Made by a program: the position numbers and the translations under genes. The notes under the pieces are model-generated. The model made no database searches. It was given only the letters and a program-made list of their open reading frames with translations, and was not told where the DNA came from. Below are positions 57,833 through 64,000 of a stretch of DNA of 64,000 nucleotides, piece by piece (position 1 is the first letter of the stretch; the number at the start of each line of letters is the position of its first letter). The stretch covers positions 25,255,731-25,319,730 of the forward strand of contig CM119266.1 in the NCBI GenBank assembly GCA_051294375.1. The letters run 5' to 3'. The stretch is from Paraspadella gotoi (Eukaryota; Animalia; Chaetognatha).

Positions 57833-58113
57833 GAATATATTTTTTTTTGTTGAATTCTCCTAATTTATACATTTATTCACTTTTTTTTCTTCCATGGAGT
57901 TTTTTGAAAAAAAGATGAAAATGATGGAAAACGTGTTTATGCAGTTCGACTTCGTAGTTATTTTCTTATTTTCTTTTTCTTTTTTCTTTTCTTTTTTCTT
58001 TTTTCTTTGTTCTTTTTTCTTTCTTTCTTACTATTTTTTTTTTCTTTCTTTTTTTTGCATTTACTTATTCTCATCTCTAAGCTTCATCTCTCAATCTTCA
58101 CGCTCAGACGATA

Positions 58114-58199
<86 letters not shown>

Positions 58200-58489
58200 C
58201 CCGCTGTTCTTTCCCCTTTCACCCTCGGCTCACTTCTTCGTTCAAAGCAAAGAAGAAAAACCCAACTTATTTTTTTCCTCATCTTCAGACGCGAACCTTT
58301 TAAGTTTTTTTTTCTCGTTTTACTTTTGGCGACTGAGCGCGAAAAGTCAAGCTGAGGGAACATTTGTTTTACTTTCGGGAGAAAGTGAGAAGGGGGACGA
58401 GATAGAGAGAGACGGAGAGAGATGAGAGAGAGAGAGAGGAGGAGAAGAGATTGAGACAGAGAGATGATGAGAGAGACAGAGGAGAGGAT

Positions 58490-58528
<39 letters not shown>

Positions 58529-61500
58529 GTGAAGAGAGTAAGAGAGAGAGAGAGAGGAGAGAGAAGACAGAGAGAGAAGAGAGGAAAGAGGAGAGAGGAG
58601 ATGAGAGAGAGAGATGATAAGAGAGAAGAGAGAGATTAGTTAGAAAAGGAGAGCGAAAAAAAGTAAGGTTAACTGCGTGTTTGATAGATGGTTTAGTAAC
58701 GAGATGAAAAGAAGAAGGAAAAGTCTTGATCCTTTTTAAAGCGAAAAGCTTAATTGTGCGTCAGAAAAAGATTGAGTGTTTTCGAACAATTGATTCTCCA
58801 TTCCCAATGAATCTCTATTTTTTTAATAGAAAAAAAAAAAAAGGCACAAAAAAAAGCACGAAAAATGGCAGGCGCACAATTCTTAATAGCAAATTTATTT
58901 TTCAAAAATTATAAATTTACGCTAGGAATGATAAGGTTTTTGAGCAAAAAACAAAAAACAAAAAACTAAAAGGGTGGCAGATTTGATGACGGAAAGTGAC
59001 AATAAAGGACCTCTTTATTTTCGGTCGATGCCAAAAGCCTCCGGACCACCCGCAGTCGGCAGCGCCCTCAAGCGACCCATAAATGACGCTTCATATACCC
59101 GATTAGAGACGGAAGACGATAAGCACGACGACGACGATGGAGATCAAAATCTACCGCGATCACGAATAAGAAAAGAGAACCGAACAGAAAGATTAAGGAA
59201 GAAGAAAGGTTTCATCGATCTTCGCCGATTTCCTTTTTTAATTCTTTCTTTTTAGCGGGAGAGGAAAGAGAGAGAGAGAGAGGAGAGAGAGAGAGGAGAG
59301 AGAGAGGAGAGAGAGAGAGAGAGATGAGAGAAGAAGAGAGAGAGAAGAAACGATTTCGATGACGAGAAGGAGAGCGGAGAATTTTCGCTCGAGCAAAGGA
59401 GGAAGGGCGAAGTGGTGGGAAATGAAGTAACGAGACATGAGAGAAGAGAAAGAGAGACAGAGAGAGAAGAGGAGGGAGAGAGACGAGAGAGAACGAGAGA
59501 GAGATGAGAGAGAGAGAGAGAAGAACGATGACGAGAAGGAGAGCGAGAATTCGCTCGAGCAAAAGAGGAAGGGACGAAGGGCTTGTTAGGGATGAAGGTA
59601 GACGAGACAGAGATAAGAGGAAAGAGAGACAGAGAGACGAGAAGAGAGAGAGAGATGAGCGAGAGAGAGAGAGAGAAGAGAGAGAGAGATGACGAGAGAG
59701 AGAGAGACCCCGGGTAACGTAATTCAGAGTTGTCGCGACCCCAAAAGTTTCACTTCCGCCGGCAGAAGCTTGGGGTCGAATGCCGACTGAGGGGGGAGGG
59801 GGCCGATTGATGAGGGACGGGGCCTGTGATGAGTGACGAAACCCGGAGTGGGTAGAGGGTGAGACAGAGGTGTGGAGAGGGATGGAGAGGGAGTGGGTGA
59901 GAGCGGGCCGGAGTGAGTGCGAACCTTCGGGCGTTCGGATTAGCTCAACAGTCCGACAGAAAGTGTTATGGTTCTTCAGACTGAATGCGAATTTTTGGGA
60001 GATTGAGAAATTGAGAGAGAGAAAGAGTGCGAGACGTGAGAAAGAGAGAGAGAGTCAGAGAGAGAGAGACAGAGAGAGAGAGAGAGGATAAGAAGAGAGA
60101 GAGATGAGGAGAGAGAGAGAGAGACGAGCAGAGAGAGAGGAGAGAGAGGAGAGAGAGAGTGTATGGGATAGCTGGGACGGAAATCGAAAAACGATTTGGG
60201 GAAATGGACTGGACGATGAAACAGGAGAAAAGAAAACTGAGGAACGAGTCAATCAAATGACAGGATGGAGAAGGAATAAGGGACGGCCCGTGCATTGAGA
60301 GAAAGGGGAATTGGGCATCGGTGGCATGCAATTTTGGTTTGAGGGACATGGGGATATGGAGACTTTTGGGGACTGGGAGGGGTGTTTCGAAATGGTGATT
60401 TGGGGAGGGGATTACGAAATGTAAAAAGAACATGGTTGAGAGAAGATAGGCGTCGATGCATTGCACTTTCTAATACTTCAATGAAGTTTTCAATTCTTAA
60501 AATTTTAAATCTGTATTGTCTATTAAATTGAATCTCTAATCGTTCGTCTTAATCTTTTCCAGCTCTCAGTTACAAGTGTCGCTCACTGATGTGAACTCAA
60601 CGCATTACTCGAACCGAAATCGAATTTGATGGAATCAAAAACTAAATGCGAACCAAATTGAAGAGAACTCGAAACGGAGCTCTTAAAAATAGAGAAGAAC
60701 ACATATCCTTTTTATTATTTAAAGTTGGTTTAAATATTAAAGATAGACATACTTCATTCTTTTAATATTATTTCCCATGAATAAAAGCAAGATAGGGACT
60801 AAGAGAGAGAGATTAGAAAAAGGGGGAGATTGGAAGGAAAAACTTACTTTGCGTCTCGTCACAGCTTTTTTGAAAACTTAACTTCTTTTAAAAGGCTTCG
60901 TCCGAAAACAAGTCAAAACCAGCCAAGTTAAAATTAGTTACAAAAACAGACTCCAGTGAAAGCATTAAAAGGATGTTATTATTTTAATATTATATAACAG
61001 TGGAAAAAGGTTAAAAAGGACTTAAAAAATGGAATCAATAACGTTGGAAGAAAATGTTAAGGGAAAAGAAAGCGTTCGAAAAAAAAAAATATTGTAATAA
61101 CATTAAAAAAACCCTTTTATACTTAGCAATTGATTTTTATTTTAAATAAGATTTTTATAACGATTCACGGGCTTTCACAACACTGAGAATTTTTCAAGCA
61201 TTCTTGCCCTTCTTTCACGAAATTCAGCACGTCGGATGATATGCATTCTTAATTATCTACACTACAAGCTATCTAGATACGAATGCTAAGTCAATGGAGT
61301 TCCGTGGCGACTGAAATACGTCTTGTGTCCGGCTGTTGTTTACACAGCGCAACGTAGAGAATGATTCCAGACCACAGCTGCATGACAGCTCGCGCAGACG
61401 ACCGATCGCGCGTACGTCAGCGCTGACACGCCATATTCCGGAAAGTAACACTGTTACGTGTTCTTACCGCATAGGACATTCCTGTCCGTCCTTATTATGA

Positions 61501-64000
61501 GATTGGTCACTCCCTCATGGCTAACGAGAATACGCCGCCATAATCTCACGCACCCAGGGAACGGATAACTATATCGCCTCACGCACGTCGTCACTCAAGT
61601 CTGACACTAGGCTCCTCATTATCGTCTATCCTGATCATTCGTGCTCTTCTTCTATATCTCATGATTTTCACAATTATCCTTGTCTTCCTTCTCGGTCTCA
61701 TCGTCTCTGCAGTCTCTTCTCTTCTGCTCCTCGTCTTCGCTTCTGGCGCGCGCATCTGTCTTTGCTGCTCTCATCTCCTTCCTCTCTGCTCTCTCTTCGC
61801 CATTCCTCGTCCTCGTGTACTCTCTCTTGACTGTTATGTCATAAGAAGTTTTCTCCCGAAGAGGCGTGTCCTTGTGTATTCACATCCATTCACTGAGCAG
61901 ATCACCTTTGGCGTGTGACGCCATGCATGACACGTGTAGGTGTGAACCACAGTGCTAAATTAAGGCTCCAAAGACGATTTATTACTGAGCATGTCGCATT
62001 TAACTGGACGCAATGATCTTGATGAAGAAACGAGAAGAACAAGAGAGGAGGAAAAATAAAGGGAAACGGCATAAAAACGAAAGGATAAAACCCAAAAGAT
62101 AAAAAAGGAAAGCGGATTAAAAAAGGAGGTATTGGAATAGAAGATCAAATGAGTCACTCAAATATTTAGACAAACAGTTAAAACGCATCGTCTCTCTGCT
62201 ACGCTCTTCTGCTACGATTAGCCTCGTTTTGCATATTGTCTCGAACGATCTCTTAATCCCGTCGTCGACATTCAACATATTCGTCGTATTCGTGTCATCT
62301 GCCATCGAAGAAATCAGAATAAAACGTGGTCTTATTTGTTATAAAACAAAAGCACAAAACGCTCGATGGTTTTTTTTTCTTTTATTTTTATTTGTGCGCG
62401 AATCTTACTCACAACAAACCTGACGATTCCACGTCATAGAAATTTCGAGGCGCGGTGTTCTTGTGTTGTTGTTTTTTGTTCTTTGTCAGCCGTTTGAACA
62501 AGCCGTAAATGGACGACCAGTTTGCCTTTTGACTCCACCAGTACTCATTTCGTTTCTCTTCCTTTCTTTCGCTCTCTTTTCGTTCTCCTCCTTTTCGCTC
62601 ACTTTCTATGTTGAATTTTTAGAATTTCTTCTACTTTATCGCGAATTTCTCGTTTACAATTTTAAAAAGTTGTCGTTTAATTCAAAAGAACGAAACTCTC
62701 GAAATGGGAAGGCTTAATCTGTCCCGGAGTCCAGAAGAAGCAAAGACACCCACAAAACTACGAAAACGAACACCTAGACTGAATATATGATACGATCACC
62801 GTCTCTACGCCTACAAGGAGCACTCTAGAATAAACAGATAATAAAGACTACTATAATTGCAACAAAAACGCAGCCCAATAATCAATCATCAGAGAATTGT
62901 CCGGTTCATCAGATCTATCATTCAGTATCAGATTCCTCCATGATGGATCTACTACCGATAACTACATTTCGATTTGCCACATCGTACGCAGCTCTCATAC
63001 CGCTGCTATATCAATTCGAATATAAAGTCTATATCATATCTCAGACGAGGTGCAAAACAAAATAATAAATCTTGCAATGTCTCAAGAAAATAGATTTAAG
63101 AGAGATAAAGAAAAACTTCTGAGAGACATCTCGGCATATACCGCGACAACCTATGATCCAGTCCCGCGGCTGGGAGAGAAATTTGAACGGTAGAGCAACC
63201 GAATTCCGTCCAAATGTACCTCTTCCAGTAGTTGTGTAATAACAATACAACAGGGATAGCATATCGGTTTACGTGTAAAGCTGCCAAACTGAGGTATTAG
63301 AAGCGTTCGTCGTACGGTAAGAGCCTGGAAGAAGTGACAACAGCGCGTTTCGAGGCCCCCGCTATCTGATACACAGAAAACTCTTCCTGCGGAGATCGTG
63401 TCCGACGTCCAAACCTATACCGTATGACTATATTGAGCCTTATCCTTACAGGTTAGAGCAAGTGATGTTATCTTCACCGCTAATAGTGTACTTCGCTATG
63501 ATTTCCGGTGGAGTGCTTGACGTAAATAACTCATTGGAGCGTCTGTTCTTAGGGCGCCAGAATGATGCTAGGAGATCAGTTACGTGTGCCGGTAATCTAC
63601 AGTAAGTGAACGACAATGGAATTCGAAGACACCGAAAGTCAGGATATCATACAGAATACTCGGCATCACGATGAGCGAAGTCCGAACCCACCGACCGACC
63701 GAAAATACAAATGATAGGCCATGCATGTCGAGACCAATCCAGAACTGGAAGAGAATCACTCTATACTCGGTGTCACTCACTCATCTCGGTCTCATTCGAG
63801 CGCCAATGCGTTCCGCTAACAATAACGCTCCGACAAAGTCGAACATTCGACGACGATACAGAGCTCAGCGGCCACGTCCTCGAAATCCTGCTTCCGGATA
63901 ATCAGATGCTACCTCACGGATCTTCCCCCGCCACCCCGTTTCGACTCAGTCCCGGCAAACACATCAATCGTTTCGGCGGTCAGCGATATCCAAACCAGCG
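57833..64000 (+). repeat. Near-identical direct duplicate of 47093-53259 (offset 10740-10741); probable assembly artefact
   Basis: Both copies start right after a 25-N gap with GAATATATTTTTTTTTGTTG and give identical ORF translations. The only difference noticed is in a CT tract. Confidence 0.93.

Overview
Eukaryotic (probably invertebrate animal) genomic scaffold, rich in (GA)n/(GAC)n microsatellites, with five N-gaps. Four minus-strand genes could be built by hand. (1) An 11-exon divergent PKA catalytic subunit (6541-10258). (2) An intronless XK-related membrane protein gene (15585-19818), split by a 1.9-kb hAT-type insertion; removing the insertion restores the reading frame. (3) A 5-exon long-form ABCC/MRP transporter (21918-27913) with one in-frame TAG inside NBD1. 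(4) A 4-exon PC1/3-like proprotein convertase (32017-35314). Intergenic and intronic DNA holds nested non-autonomous elements: a Mutator-like element (9-bp TSD), a hAT-like element (8-bp TSD), foldbacks (one with a Penelope-type minimal hammerhead motif), and two families of short, structured solo-LTR-like elements (4-bp TSD), one carrying an internal tRNA-derived Pol III cassette. Splice signals are unusual: 6 of 17 acceptors are AAG, one donor is GC, and the PKA donors are very degenerate. Positions 47093-64000 look like noisy gap-fill sequence that is duplicated, probably an assembly artefact.
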